Of a stretch of DNA of 64,000 bases, positions 26,113 to 35,955 are shown piece after piece. Source of the DNA: an uncultured Victivallales bacterium (GTDB lineage Bacteria; Verrucomicrobiota; Lentisphaeria; Victivallales; UBA1829). Position 1 is the first letter of the stretch. Each line of letters begins with the position of its first letter. A model generated the notes under the pieces. It ran no database searches, had not been told where the DNA came from, and saw only the letters and a list, made by a program, of their open reading frames with translations. Made by a program: the position numbers and the translations under genes. The stretch spans positions 1,957-65,956 of the forward strand of contig CAYWZD010000001.1 in NCBI GenBank assembly GCA_964462755.1, read 5' to 3'.

Positions 26113-28080
26113 ATGAGACTTGTCAGCATTGCCCCAATGTTCATTGAGCATAAAACCCCCGTCTGTCTGGACCTGGCGGAACTCGAACGGAACGGGAGCA
26201 TTACGGAAACGGCCTTCATGATGAAACTGAATCCGGAAGGCACGCCTCCTGCGGATGCGGTGACTCCTGCGGGCCAACGGTTCACGGAAATGCGCGATGA
26301 ATTGCGTAAGTATTCTTCCATGCCGGTCGGAATTCTGATTCAGGCGACCATCGGGCATGGATACTGGCGGGATACGCCGCCGGATAACTTCCAACGCATG
26401 GTCACGCTTGCGCCGGAGAATCCGGAAGGATTGAGACATATCGTCTGTCCGCTCGATCCCGGATTCAGGAAATATTTTCAGGAGGTGGCGCGTAAGCTGT
26501 CCGCCTTGAACCCGGATTTCTTGATGATCGATGACGATTACAGAATCTTTACCGGGCGTTTCGGCTGTCTCTGCCCCCTGCATATTGCAGAATACAACCG
26601 TCTGCGGAAAACGCGGTATACGAGAGAAACGCTTTCCGAAGTAATACGAAAAGACCGGGAAACGGCGCTGGACTACGAGGGCTTCCTCGGCGTGACGTTT
26701 GCCGAGGTCTTGAGCGACTTCCGGGCGGCACTGAACGAACAGACTCCCGATATGAATGTTTATTACTGTTCGTGCACCAAGGATGTCAAGGTCGCCGCGG
26801 ATTTTGCCGAACGGCTTGCCGCCAACGGCGGGAAACCGGTAATCAGACTGAACAACGGGAGGTATTCCCGCGAAACCATGCGCGATTTTCCGTTGAAAAT
26901 GTACACTTCGGCGGCGATGATCGCGTATCTGGGAGGAACGGATCGATTTGAACTGTTGTCTGAAGCGGACACCTGTCCGCACAATCAATATGCGACTTCC
27001 GCGGCACTGCTGAACTGTCACATGGCGGGATCGATCGCGGAGGGCTGCAGCGGCGCCAAGCATTGGCTCACCACCCTGACGGCTCATGAACCGGAAAGCG
27101 GCCTTGCCTACCGGAGAATTCTGGCGGAATATCGAGGTTTTTACCGGGAACTTGCAGAACTCCGGTCCCAAAAAAGCGATCTTGGAATCACAATTCCCGT
27201 GCCGGGGAAACTTTTCCGGGAACATTCTGTTTTTCAGAATGAAACGATCGATGCACAAGCGGAGTTCATTGTCGCATTGACGCGTCTGGGGGTGCCGGCA
27301 AATTACGGCATCGCTGCGAAAACCCCGGTCGTAATCAACCGGGAATTCGCGGACAGCTGGTCCGATGACGAGATACGCGTCATGCTCTCCCACGGCGCGA
27401 TTCTGGAAGGCAGTATGGCGTTGTTGCTGGCAAAACGCGGATTTTCGGAACTGATGGGAGTAGAGGTCACACCGTTTCCCGCGATCAAGGCCACGGTTGA
27501 AAAATTGAACGATGGCCGGAATCTGCGTCCACAGGCGGGCAGTGAACTGGTGTTCCTGAAGTCTTTGTCTGACAAAACGGAGGTCCTGTCCGTCCTTTAT
27601 GTGGAAGGGTTGAACGGGGTTGAACGGGGAACGAAAGCGGTTGCTCCAGGCATGACATTCTTCCGGAATGCCGGAGGCGGGTATGTGCTGGTCTTCGCCG
27701 GTTCTCCCGTACGCCATGTTCACTGGCCGGATTCCACGGCATTTCTGACCCTGACCCGAAAGGAAATCCTGCTCAAACAGCTGAAGATTATGGCGGACCT
27801 GCCGGCGATCTATGCCGGTCCGGACGACATTTACAGCAAACTGTGGCGGTGCGGAGACGAGGTCGTCATGCCGTTGATCACTCTGGGACGTGATGACATT
27901 CCGGAGCTGGAACTGGATGTAAAATGCCACCCCGTCAAGGTGGAATTCCTGCTGCCATCCGGGACCTGGAAGAAAATTCCGTTCCGGGAAAAGGGGGACC
28001 GGCGAATCATACTGGAACAGGAATTCCGCGCGACCCGCCCCTTTGTCCTGAAGTTTTTCTTTCCGGAAGTCCGGAAATGA
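26113..28080 (+). CDS. hypothetical cytoplasmic protein (655 aa), function unknown
   Basis: Track ORF with ordinary protein composition and a GGAGA RBS. It lies directly upstream of the symporter. The 646-aa antisense ORF (25990..27930) is Arg-rich shadow. Confidence 0.8.
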   Translation: MRLVSIAPMFIEHKTPVCLDLAELERNGSITETAFMMKLNPEGTPPADAVTPAGQRFTEMRDELRKYSSMPVGILIQATIGHGYWRDTPPDNFQRMVTLAPENPEGLRHIVCPLDPGFRKYFQEVARKLSALNPDFLMIDDDYRIFTGRFGCLCPLHIAEYNRLRKTRYTRETLSEVIRKDRETALDYEGFLGVTFAEVLSDFRAALNEQTPDMNVYYCSCTKDVKVAADFAERLAANGGKPVIRLNNGRYSRETMRDFPLKMYTSAAMIAYLGGTDRFELLSEADTCPHNQYATSAALLNCHMAGSIAEGCSGAKHWLTTLTAHEPESGLAYRRILAEYRGFYRELAELRSQKSDLGITIPVPGKLFREHSVFQNETIDAQAEFIVALTRLGVPANYGIAAKTPVVINREFADSWSDDEIRVMLSHGAILEGSMALLLAKRGFSELMGVEVTPFPAIKATVEKLNDGRNLRPQAGSELVFLKSLSDKTEVLSVLYVEGLNGVERGTKAVAPGMTFFRNAGGGYVLVFAGSPVRHVHWPDSTAFLTLTRKEILLKQLKIMADLPAIYAGPDDIYSKLWRCGDEVVMPLITLGRDDIPELELDVKCHPVKVEFLLPSGTWKKIPFREKGDRRIILEQEFRATRPFVLKFFFPEVRK

Positions 28081-28126
28081 ACAGCAATAACAATAATAAT
28101 GACAGGCCGTTGGAAAAGGGATTGTA

Positions 28127-30409
28127 ATGAGTTGGATCGATTATCTGATTGTGCTTCTTCCCGTTGCCGGAGTTCTCCGGCTGGCATTTTACTCGCGAAA
28201 ATATGTGCGGGGAGTGGTTGACTTTCTGGCCGCGGGCCGCGTCGCCGGACGCTATGTCATATCCGTCGGAGATATGGCTTCATCCCTTTCGGTCATCTCG
28301 CTGGTGGCGATCTGCGAACAGAACTACCAGACCGGTTTCGGAATCGCCTTCTGGAACAATATCATGTTCCCGATTGGAATTGTCCTCGCCCTGACCGGAT
28401 ATTGCACCTACCGCTGGCGTCAGACGCGCTGTCTCTCCAAGGGACAATTCATTGAAATGCGCTATGGGAGCAGGAGTTTCCGCATTGTGACCGCTGTCAT
28501 CAGCAATATGTCCGAGATGATCGCCAACGCCATCGGTCCGGCGATTGCGGCAAAATTTTTCATCTACTATCTCGGACTGCCGCACAAAGTCATGTTTCTG
28601 GGAATCAGCCTGCCGTGCTACGGCATTATTGTCACGATGTGTCTCTGTCTGGCCTTATTGCTGATCTTGCCGGGCGGACGCATTTCTCTGCTTGTCACGG
28701 ACTGCGTCCAGGGGCTCATTTCATATCCGATCTTTGTCATCTTCGTCGGTTTCATCCTTTTGAAATTCGGATGGAACGTCAATCTCATGCCGATTCTTTG
28801 TGATCGTGTGCCGCAACAAAGCTTTCTCAACCCGTATGATGTCGCTCAACTCAGGGACTTCAATCTTTTCGCATTGGTTGTCACGCTGACGACCACCATT
28901 TTGAATCGTGCCAGCTGGATCGGCAACGACACATGCAATTCAGGACGCTCCCCGCACGAACAGAAGATGGCAGGAGTGCTCGGCACCTGGCGCAACGGCT
29001 TCTCCTGGATCATCATCGTCCTGCTCGGCGTAATGGTTTATGCATTCATGAACAGCGCCAACTTTTCAGGACACGACAGCCGGAACCGCTTCAAAGTTAC
29101 CAATAACGAAATCCGGCAGGAACTTTCAAAACGCGTCCTCGCGGAAGTCGTCCCCGAGAAGAGCCGTTACGATGAGCTTGCCGCCGCCGTTGGAAAAATT
29201 CCTCCGGCCGGACATGTCATCGGAAAGGATGCGCCGCTGTCACAGCAGAAAAACCTTGATACCCGGTATTTTTCCGTCGTGCGCGGAGAACTGGGAGATA
29301 CCCCCGAAGCCAGACGCGAATTTCAGCAGTACCGTTCCATCTACCGCCAGATGCTGATGCCGACGGTCATGCGGAAAATCCTGCCCGTCGGGCTGGCGGG
29401 GCTGTTCTGTCTGCTGATGGTTATGTTGCTGGTCTCCACGGATGACTCCCGTATCTTCAACGCCGCCAGCGGCATCGTTCAGGACATCATCCTGCCTTTC
29501 ATGAAGAAACGGCTTTCCCCGGAAAAACATCTGGCTCTCCTGCGTTGGACATCGGTCTGCGTATGCATTTTCTTTTTCATCGTCTCGTGTTTCTTTTCCC
29601 AGATGGACTACATCGTCATGTTTACGACGATCGTATGCGCCCTGTGGCTGGGCGGCGCGGGTCCGATCATGGTATTCGGACTTTACAGCCGTTTCGGAAA
29701 CCTGACCGGAGCCTGGTGTTCCATCATCTTCGGCACGGGAACCTCCCTGTTCGGCATGATCTGTCAGTACAACTGGGCGCAGACGATCTATCCTTTTCTG
29801 GAGAGCCGGGAGTGGGTTTTGCCGCTGGAGAATTTTTTGCATGCCGTCAGTTCTCCATTCGAACCGTGGATTCACTGGCAGATGGATTCCGTAAGGTTCC
29901 CGATCAATTCCTATGAGATTTTTTTCATCGCCATGCTCCTGGCAGTGAGCGGTTACATCATCGGTTCTTATGCAACCTATCAGCCGTTTGACCTTGACAG
30001 GCTTCTGCACCGGGGAAAATACAGCGACGGAGAAAGCAATTTGAAGCCGTCCGCAAGCTGGAGCCCGCTGGCGCTGGTCAAAAGAGTGGTCGGCATCGAT
30101 TCGGAATACACGCTGGGAGACAAGATCATTGCCTGGTCGGTGTCCATCTATTCGTTCGGCTATGTCTTCGGTTTGAACTTCATCACGGTCCTGACATGGA
30201 ATGCCTTTGACAGATGGCCGCTTCCCTGGTGGAGCCGATATTTCTTCATCACATCTCTTGTCATACCGGGAATCATCGGGGTTATTTCCACCGTTTGGTT
30301 CATGATCGGCGGCGCAAGGGACACCATACGTCTGTTCAAGGAGTTGAAAATCCAGGTGGAAGACCAATCCGACAATGGACAGATCATCCATACCGGAACG
30401 GAAAACTAA
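28127..30409 (+). CDS. sodium:solute symporter (SSF)-type transporter (760 aa) with a large hydrophilic insert
   Basis: At least 13 hydrophobic segments and an N-terminal SSF-like FLAAGRVAGRY segment. Residues ~309-417 are hydrophilic, lying between GFSWIIIVLLGVMVYAF and ILPVGLAGLFCLLMVML. Confidence 0.8.
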   Translation: MSWIDYLIVLLPVAGVLRLAFYSRKYVRGVVDFLAAGRVAGRYVISVGDMASSLSVISLVAICEQNYQTGFGIAFWNNIMFPIGIVLALTGYCTYRWRQTRCLSKGQFIEMRYGSRSFRIVTAVISNMSEMIANAIGPAIAAKFFIYYLGLPHKVMFLGISLPCYGIIVTMCLCLALLLILPGGRISLLVTDCVQGLISYPIFVIFVGFILLKFGWNVNLMPILCDRVPQQSFLNPYDVAQLRDFNLFALVVTLTTTILNRASWIGNDTCNSGRSPHEQKMAGVLGTWRNGFSWIIIVLLGVMVYAFMNSANFSGHDSRNRFKVTNNEIRQELSKRVLAEVVPEKSRYDELAAAVGKIPPAGHVIGKDAPLSQQKNLDTRYFSVVRGELGDTPEARREFQQYRSIYRQMLMPTVMRKILPVGLAGLFCLLMVMLLVSTDDSRIFNAASGIVQDIILPFMKKRLSPEKHLALLRWTSVCVCIFFFIVSCFFSQMDYIVMFTTIVCALWLGGAGPIMVFGLYSRFGNLTGAWCSIIFGTGTSLFGMICQYNWAQTIYPFLESREWVLPLENFLHAVSSPFEPWIHWQMDSVRFPINSYEIFFIAMLLAVSGYIIGSYATYQPFDLDRLLHRGKYSDGESNLKPSASWSPLALVKRVVGIDSEYTLGDKIIAWSVSIYSFGYVFGLNFITVLTWNAFDRWPLPWWSRYFFITSLVIPGIIGVISTVWFMIGGARDTIRLFKELKIQVEDQSDNGQIIHTGTEN

Positions 30410-30499
30410 ATTTGCATTCACCGTACGGATGATCCAAAGTCGAGAGATGTCCCTTGTCCATGCGGAACCCCGCATTATGCAGCGGAAACTCACATCCGC

Positions 30500-31585
30500 T
30501 TATTCATTTTGTCTGCGGAAGGCCGCATTGTATTTCAGCAGGAGGGTCGGTTCGACTTCGATGGAGGATGCGGGCGGTTTTCCGAGCGTGAGGTATTGAA
30601 AAACAGCATTCATTCCAACGCGGCCCTGCTGGAAAAGATTCTCATCGATGGCAAACTGAACGGCATCGTTGCGGAGAGCGGCAAGGACCGGTTTCGAATA
30701 ACCGGTTGCGATACACCGGACTTTTCCCGTCAGAGAGTGTTCTTCAAAGTAGGAAAGCACTCCGGAGATGTTCTCGGTCCCGATGTACAGCAGAGAAATG
30801 TCCGGGGCGGCCCGGAAAAGGTTCTCTACCGCACGATACGCGTCATTCTCCCGGTCAAGGGACTCTCCGATCCCGGCGAAATGCACCGGGGTTTTCCGCA
30901 GGACATCCCGGAATCCTTCGATTTTCCGGCGGTGGTCCTCCAAATCCATCCGGCCGATGATGACGGCGGCCGTTCCCCCTTCTGGAAACAACACGGCGGC
31001 CAGATTTCCGGCCATACTTCCACAGTGGAAGCTGTTCTGCTTCACATGACACAAAATTTTGCAATCAGGAACGAATCCCCCACCCAGCAGCAGAACCGGA
31101 CACGCCATGCGTGCCGCCTGATCGGTCAAGGCGGCGGATTCTTCTTGCGGGAATGTGCCTGTCAATAGAATCAGCGCATCGAGTTTGTGCATGGAAGCGT
31201 CAGCTAACGCCGCCGTGCAGCCGCGACTGTCGGAAAAATCAGAGTAATGGAACGAGATTACTTCGATGCGGTAATCCTGCAATTCCTTCGCTCTGTCGAA
31301 AACTCCCCGAATGATATTTTTATAGTAGCTCGGCCAGGCTTCTGGAGAAATGACGGCAATCCGCAACGGATTCCGTGCCATGGAACGGGCCAGCAGATTG
31401 GGCCGGTATCCAAGCTTTTTGGACAATTCCATTACTCTGGCCCGCATAGCGGGACTTACTTTCGGTTTATCATGCAGCGCCTTGCTGACCGTGCATTCCG
31501 ACGTGCCAAGCAACTCCGCAAGTTTTTTCAAGGAAACCCGGCAACCGGGATCCGAATCGGGGGAAACAGGTTTTTCTTTTTTCAT
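30500..31585 (-). CDS. LacI-family transcriptional regulator (with a ~15-aa N-terminal extension)
   Basis: VSLKKLAELLGTSECTVSKALHDKPKVSPAMRARVMELSKKLGYRPN plus a sugar-binding domain. It is divergent from the 31754 operon. Confidence 0.9.
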   Translation of the reverse strand: MKKEKPVSPDSDPGCRVSLKKLAELLGTSECTVSKALHDKPKVSPAMRARVMELSKKLGYRPNLLARSMARNPLRIAVISPEAWPSYYKNIIRGVFDRAKELQDYRIEVISFHYSDFSDSRGCTAALADASMHKLDALILLTGTFPQEESAALTDQAARMACPVLLLGGGFVPDCKILCHVKQNSFHCGSMAGNLAAVLFPEGGTAAVIIGRMDLEDHRRKIEGFRDVLRKTPVHFAGIGESLDRENDAYRAVENLFRAAPDISLLYIGTENISGVLSYFEEHSLTGKVRCIATGYSKPVLAALRNDAVQFAIDENLFQQGRVGMNAVFQYLTLGKPPASSIEVEPTLLLKYNAAFRRQNE

Positions 31586-31653
31586 TCAGCCTCTTTTCAC
31601 TTTCTTTAAAATTACTGCCGTTCTTATGCTTTTTCAAGTCATCCGCATTGAAA

Positions 31654-31669
31654 GGATAAGCGATTATTC
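31654..31669. promoter_or_regulatory. candidate LacI operator O1, GGATAAGCGATTATTC (CG-centred pseudo-palindrome)
   Basis: 6 of 8 half-site pairs match. It shares a 13-nt core (GGATAAGCGATTA) with O2, 58 bp downstream, and abuts the candidate -35 box. Confidence 0.55.
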
Positions 31670-31670
31670 C

Positions 31671-31698
31671 TTGACTTTTGATTTTCGTGGTTTATATT
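31671..31698 (+). promoter_or_regulatory. candidate sigma70-type promoter, TTGACT-16-TATATT, for the transketolase operon
   Basis: Sequence TTGACTtttgattttcgtggttTATATT lies between the two operator copies, about 55 nt upstream of the ATG at 31754. Confidence 0.45.
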
Positions 31699-31711
31699 TA
31701 TAAAAAGAGAA

Positions 31712-31727
31712 GGATAAGCGATTACCC
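31712..31727. promoter_or_regulatory. candidate LacI operator O2, GGATAAGCGATTACCC
   Basis: 6 of 8 half-site pairs match, with a central CG. It lies 14 nt downstream of the candidate -10 box, a classic roadblock position. Confidence 0.55.
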
Positions 31728-31753
31728 TTCTTAAACACAAGGAAATTCATTAA

Positions 31754-32710
31754 ATGAAAAGTTTTCCGGCGATTATCAGCGAATCCTCTTACAAGGATAT
31801 TCCGTCCGTCTTATTTGAGAACGAATTTATCCGGTTGCTTTTCCTTCCGGAACACGGCGGGAAAGCCGCCTCCCTTCTGGACAGGAAATCCGGACGGGAA
31901 TTTCTACTTCAGGCCCCCAATGCGGCATACAGGAAACAGCCGTATGATGGCGACTACACCACCGGAGAATGCAGCGGATTCGACGATATGTTTCCAACAA
32001 TCGATCCCGTTCCATATCCGGACTTTCCCTGGAAGGGAGCCGGTATGCCGGACCACGGCGAAGTCTGTGCGCTTCCGTGGCAATGGCGGCGGAACGGCGA
32101 CAGTTTGGAGATCTCCGTCGACGGAGTCCGGTTCCCTTACACGTTGACCAAACGTATTTCCTTCATTGGCGAACGCCGGATTCGAATCGCCTATTGTGCG
32201 CAAAACCGGAGCGGATATCCGTTCGAATACATTTACGCTTCCCATTTGATGCTCAATGTGGAAGACGGCGGGGAAATCCTTCTGCCCGGCGCCGGAAAGG
32301 CGACATGGGGCTTCTCCCGTTTTCCAAAAGGCGCTTCTTATGGCGACAAGCTGGAATGGCCGATCGCCATACTGCCGGACGGTCGTGCAAGTCTTGACCG
32401 AACCCCGGAATTAAATCCGGACGGCAATAACTATAAGTTCTTTCTGGAGGGTGCATTGAATTCCGGATGGTGCGGATATCGGTATCCGGACGGAACGCTT
32501 TTCCGTCTGAATTTTTCTCCGGAGGAGCTGCCGGCATTCTGCCTGTGGGTAAACGAAGGTTCCTTCCACGGGTTCCGCAACATCGCACTGGAGCCGTGCA
32601 GCGCCGCCTATGACCGGATTGACATTGCGAGGCTTCACGGTCAACGGAGCATCATAGCTCCTTTCGGATGCCGGGAATGGACGCTGGAACTAGAGATATC
32701 CGCTCAATGA
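31754..32710 (+). CDS. aldose 1-epimerase (galactose mutarotase)-like fold protein
   Basis: FENEFIRLLFLPEHGGKAASLLDRKSGREFLLQ...MPDHGEVCALPW...YASHLMLN follows the mutarotase-superfamily pattern. An AAGGAA RBS is present. Confidence 0.65.
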   Translation: MKSFPAIISESSYKDIPSVLFENEFIRLLFLPEHGGKAASLLDRKSGREFLLQAPNAAYRKQPYDGDYTTGECSGFDDMFPTIDPVPYPDFPWKGAGMPDHGEVCALPWQWRRNGDSLEISVDGVRFPYTLTKRISFIGERRIRIAYCAQNRSGYPFEYIYASHLMLNVEDGGEILLPGAGKATWGFSRFPKGASYGDKLEWPIAILPDGRASLDRTPELNPDGNNYKFFLEGALNSGWCGYRYPDGTLFRLNFSPEELPAFCLWVNEGSFHGFRNIALEPCSAAYDRIDIARLHGQRSIIAPFGCREWTLELEISAQ

Positions 32711-34527
32711 ACTCCGTGGAATTGAATGCGTTGGCAGGGAAATGCCGTATCGATCTTCTCCGGATGATTCAGAACGCAGGTTCCGGACACACAGGCGGCT
32801 CGCTTTCATCCGTCGATCTGCTGCTCGCTCTCTTTACGGATTGTCCGGATGACCGGATTGTCGTCAGTCACGGGCATATCGCGGCAGCGCTCTATTCCGT
32901 GCTGGGGAATACGGGTTTTTTCGACATTGAGGAGACCATCCGCGGTTTCAGACGCGCCGGGAGCCGGTTTGAAGGGCATCCGAACCCCAAGATTCCGGGC
33001 GTGGAATGGTGCAGCGGCGCTCTTGGACAGGGGGTATCGGTCGGGACCGGACTGGCTGCTGGGGAACGGCTTGCCGGAAGCGGAAAGCATGTGTGGGTCG
33101 TCACTGGCGACGGAGAACAGAATAAAGGCCAGATTCAGGAAGCACGCTGTCTTGCCGCAAAGTTCGGATTGTCGAACCTCAGCGTGATCGTTGACGCAAA
33201 CGGCTTGCAAGCCTCCGGAACAACGGCGGAAATTATGCCGTCCGATCCGGCAGAAGCATACAGGCTTGCCGGATGGTTCGTTCTCGAAACGGACGGCCAT
33301 GATTTTGCCGGACTGGAAAGGGCCCTTTCACTTTGTCGCACGGCAAAACAGCCTTCAATGATTTGGGCGCATACCGTGATGGGCAAAGGAGTCCCGGAAA
33401 TTGAAAACCGATATGAATATCATGGCAAAGTTCTTTCATCGTCCCTTTTCGAAGCGGCTGTAAAGCGACTGGAACCTGTCGCCGCGCAGGCCCCGACGCC
33501 GATTCCCCGTGAATCCAGAACGGAAAATTCCCCACAGCCGCTTTCCCTCCCGCCTTTTCTGGAATACGGCGGCCCCACTGAATGCCGGAGCGCATTCGGT
33601 GCGGCGCTGGCTGAAATTGCGACGACGAATCCCGGACGCACCGCCGCCATCGATTGCGATCTGGCCGCATCCGTCAAGCTCGACCATTACGCACAGGTTT
33701 CTCCGGATACTTTTTTCGAATGCGGCATTGCGGAGCATAACGCAGCCTCGTTCGCCGCCGGACTTTCCCGATTGGAACCGTCCACATTCTTTGCGGATTT
33801 CGGCGTGTTCGGCATGACGGAAGTTCTCAGCCAGTTGCGGATGGCCGACTTCAATCATACATCGCTCAAGGTCATATGCACGCACTGCGGCGCAGATGTC
33901 GGCGAGGACGGCAAAACACATCAGGCCGTGGACTATCTGGCGCTTGCCAGAACGTTGCCGTCGTTCCGGCTTTTGGCCCCGGCGGATGCCAATCAGTGCG
34001 AACATCTGGTCCGGTATGCCGCCTCGCAAACCGGGAATTTTTTCATCGTCATGGGACGTTCCATACAGCCAGTCATCCGAAAACCGAACGGCAAACTGTT
34101 TTTCGGTGCGGATTATCGTTTCCAATACGGCAGAGCGGACATTCTCAGAATGTCTGATGAGGATTGCGGGACGATTATCACCTATGGGAATTTTGCTCCG
34201 GCGGCAGTGATTCTTTCCGACAAATTGAAAAGCGGCCGGAACATGGCTTTGCGCGTGATCTGCTTGAGCAATCCGCTGGAATTTGATGAAAGGGCTCTTG
34301 GTCTGGCGGCGGAAACAGGAAACATTGCCGTGTGGGAAGATCACCGTACCGCAGGCGGGCTGGGAACGAGCTTGGGCAACTGGTTTTTTGAACACACCAT
34401 CCACTGCCGCTTCCGCATTTTCGGCCTGACCCTGAACGGAATTTCAGCTTCTCCCGCCGAACATTACCGTTATCAGAAAATAGCTCCTGAATACATAGAA
34501 CAATACTTCATCAATCAAGAAAGGTAA
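32707..34527 (+). CDS. transketolase-family protein (single 606-aa chain: TPP-binding N-terminal part fused to Pyr/C-terminal part)
   Basis: GSGHTGGSLSSVDLLLALF and GDGEQNKGQIQEA (the GDG...N TPP motif), then ...ECGIAEHNAASFAAGL in the second half. The ATG at 32707 overlaps the upstream stop (ATGA). Confidence 0.85.
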   Translation: MNSVELNALAGKCRIDLLRMIQNAGSGHTGGSLSSVDLLLALFTDCPDDRIVVSHGHIAAALYSVLGNTGFFDIEETIRGFRRAGSRFEGHPNPKIPGVEWCSGALGQGVSVGTGLAAGERLAGSGKHVWVVTGDGEQNKGQIQEARCLAAKFGLSNLSVIVDANGLQASGTTAEIMPSDPAEAYRLAGWFVLETDGHDFAGLERALSLCRTAKQPSMIWAHTVMGKGVPEIENRYEYHGKVLSSSLFEAAVKRLEPVAAQAPTPIPRESRTENSPQPLSLPPFLEYGGPTECRSAFGAALAEIATTNPGRTAAIDCDLAASVKLDHYAQVSPDTFFECGIAEHNAASFAAGLSRLEPSTFFADFGVFGMTEVLSQLRMADFNHTSLKVICTHCGADVGEDGKTHQAVDYLALARTLPSFRLLAPADANQCEHLVRYAASQTGNFFIVMGRSIQPVIRKPNGKLFFGADYRFQYGRADILRMSDEDCGTIITYGNFAPAAVILSDKLKSGRNMALRVICLSNPLEFDERALGLAAETGNIAVWEDHRTAGGLGTSLGNWFFEHTIHCRFRIFGLTLNGISASPAEHYRYQKIAPEYIEQYFINQER

Positions 34528-34529
34528 AC

Positions 34530-35954
34530 ATGATGCTGACAACGAAAATTGGTTTTCTGCCCTCCAACTGGGAATCATGGGACGGGAATGCCGCGACAGG
34601 GAAATGGGCGGGTAAAATGCGCGACCGCTGTGTGACAGCCCTGAAAAAGATTCCCGGACTGGATCTGGTTGTTCCGGGAACGGAATTGACGGAGGATGGC
34701 TGTGTAGGCAGTTATGAAGATGCGCTCAAAACCGCCGAACTTTTCCTGAAAGAGAACATTCAGGGACTGATCATCGGCAATATGACCTTCGGAATGGAAA
34801 CCGCCGTGGGAACCTTGCTGAGCAAAATGCGTAAAGATCTGCCGATTCTTCATTTTGCCACCAAAAGCGGGCCCATCGGTGAAGACGGCTCCCGTTCGAC
34901 TGATACATGGTGCGGCAGTTTCATGACCGCAAGTGCAATCAAGCGGAGAGGGTTCAAGTTCATCCATATTCTGCCGTGCAATCCGGAAGAGGAAACCTTT
35001 GTTTCTCAAGTGTCGCTGTTCTCCCGGGCGGTCAACGCCATTGTCCGATTCAAAGGAGCAAGATTTGCCCAGATCGGGACACGCCCCACGTTGTTTGAAT
35101 CGCAGTTTTTCAGCGAGGAAAATCTCCAGCGGCAGTTCATGCAAATGCTGGTGCCGATGGATCTGGCGACCGCCTTCTCCCGTCTGGATGCGGTCAGGGA
35201 CGATGACCCGGAAGTGCTGGCAACGATTGCGGAAATCCGGGAGGGTGCGGAGATCGGAGATGAATATACGGACCGTTCCATTCTCAATCAGGCACGCTAT
35301 GAGATTTCTTTGCAGCGCATTATGAAAGAGCTGAATGCCGACGCAATGACAGTGAACTGCTGGACCGAAATCCAATCCCGCTACGGGATTTCCGCCTGTT
35401 CCACCTTTGCCCGGCTGAACGAAAAAGGGTTTACGACCGCCTGCGAAGTCGATTTGCTGGGCGCCGCAACCATGTATGTGATGAATTGTCTGGCGCTGAA
35501 TGAGTCAAAAACCGACTTCATCGACTGGACGGATCTGCATCCGTCCGAGAAGAATGTGTGGCTGGCCTGGCATTGCGGCAACGCGGCTCCGAGTCTCTGC
35601 GCCTGCAGCTGCAAGAAGAAACTGTTGCGCAATGAACGCATGATCCAGTGGAATCCCGCTTGTCACGGAGCCTTGGAATTCCGCCTGAAAGAAGGACCGG
35701 TCACCTGTTCACGCATGGTGGAATATGACGGACAGTACACCTTCTTTACCGGAACCGGAACCGTCATCAATATTCCGCCCTTTGTCCGGGGCGGATACGG
35801 ATGGGTCAAGGTGAATGATCTGGCGGATTGGGAAATGAAGATGGTGGATTGCGGCATTATTCACCATGGAACGCTGATCCATGATCCCATAGTCGCAGAC
35901 GCGCTTGAAATGTTCTGCAAATTCCTGAATATCAATTATGTGAGAGGGAAGTAA
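34530..35954 (+). CDS. L-fucose/L-arabinose isomerase-family protein (~470-aa type)
   Basis: Size and layout fit (MMLTTKIGFLPSNWESW...; C-terminal ...HHGTLIHDPIVADALEMFCKFLNI). Assigned by resemblance from memory only. Confidence 0.65.
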   Translation: MMLTTKIGFLPSNWESWDGNAATGKWAGKMRDRCVTALKKIPGLDLVVPGTELTEDGCVGSYEDALKTAELFLKENIQGLIIGNMTFGMETAVGTLLSKMRKDLPILHFATKSGPIGEDGSRSTDTWCGSFMTASAIKRRGFKFIHILPCNPEEETFVSQVSLFSRAVNAIVRFKGARFAQIGTRPTLFESQFFSEENLQRQFMQMLVPMDLATAFSRLDAVRDDDPEVLATIAEIREGAEIGDEYTDRSILNQARYEISLQRIMKELNADAMTVNCWTEIQSRYGISACSTFARLNEKGFTTACEVDLLGAATMYVMNCLALNESKTDFIDWTDLHPSEKNVWLAWHCGNAAPSLCACSCKKKLLRNERMIQWNPACHGALEFRLKEGPVTCSRMVEYDGQYTFFTGTGTVINIPPFVRGGYGWVKVNDLADWEMKMVDCGIIHHGTLIHDPIVADALEMFCKFLNINYVRGK

Positions 35955-35955
35955 A

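Noticed and set aside
25990-27930. Very long antisense ORFs mirror real genes: 25990..27930 (646 aa), 1549..3393 (614 aa), 6219..7325, 7956..8945 (the same 329-aa length as the LacI gene it mirrors), 33436..34404, 37392..38423, 62875..63747 and 17702..18676.
   Set aside because: Their translations are Arg/Pro/Gly-rich and low-complexity, with no motifs. The opposite strand carries clearly recognisable proteins. Codon-aligned antisense frames stay open when sense codons TTA, CTA and TCA are avoided, so these are shadow ORFs rather than overlapping genes.
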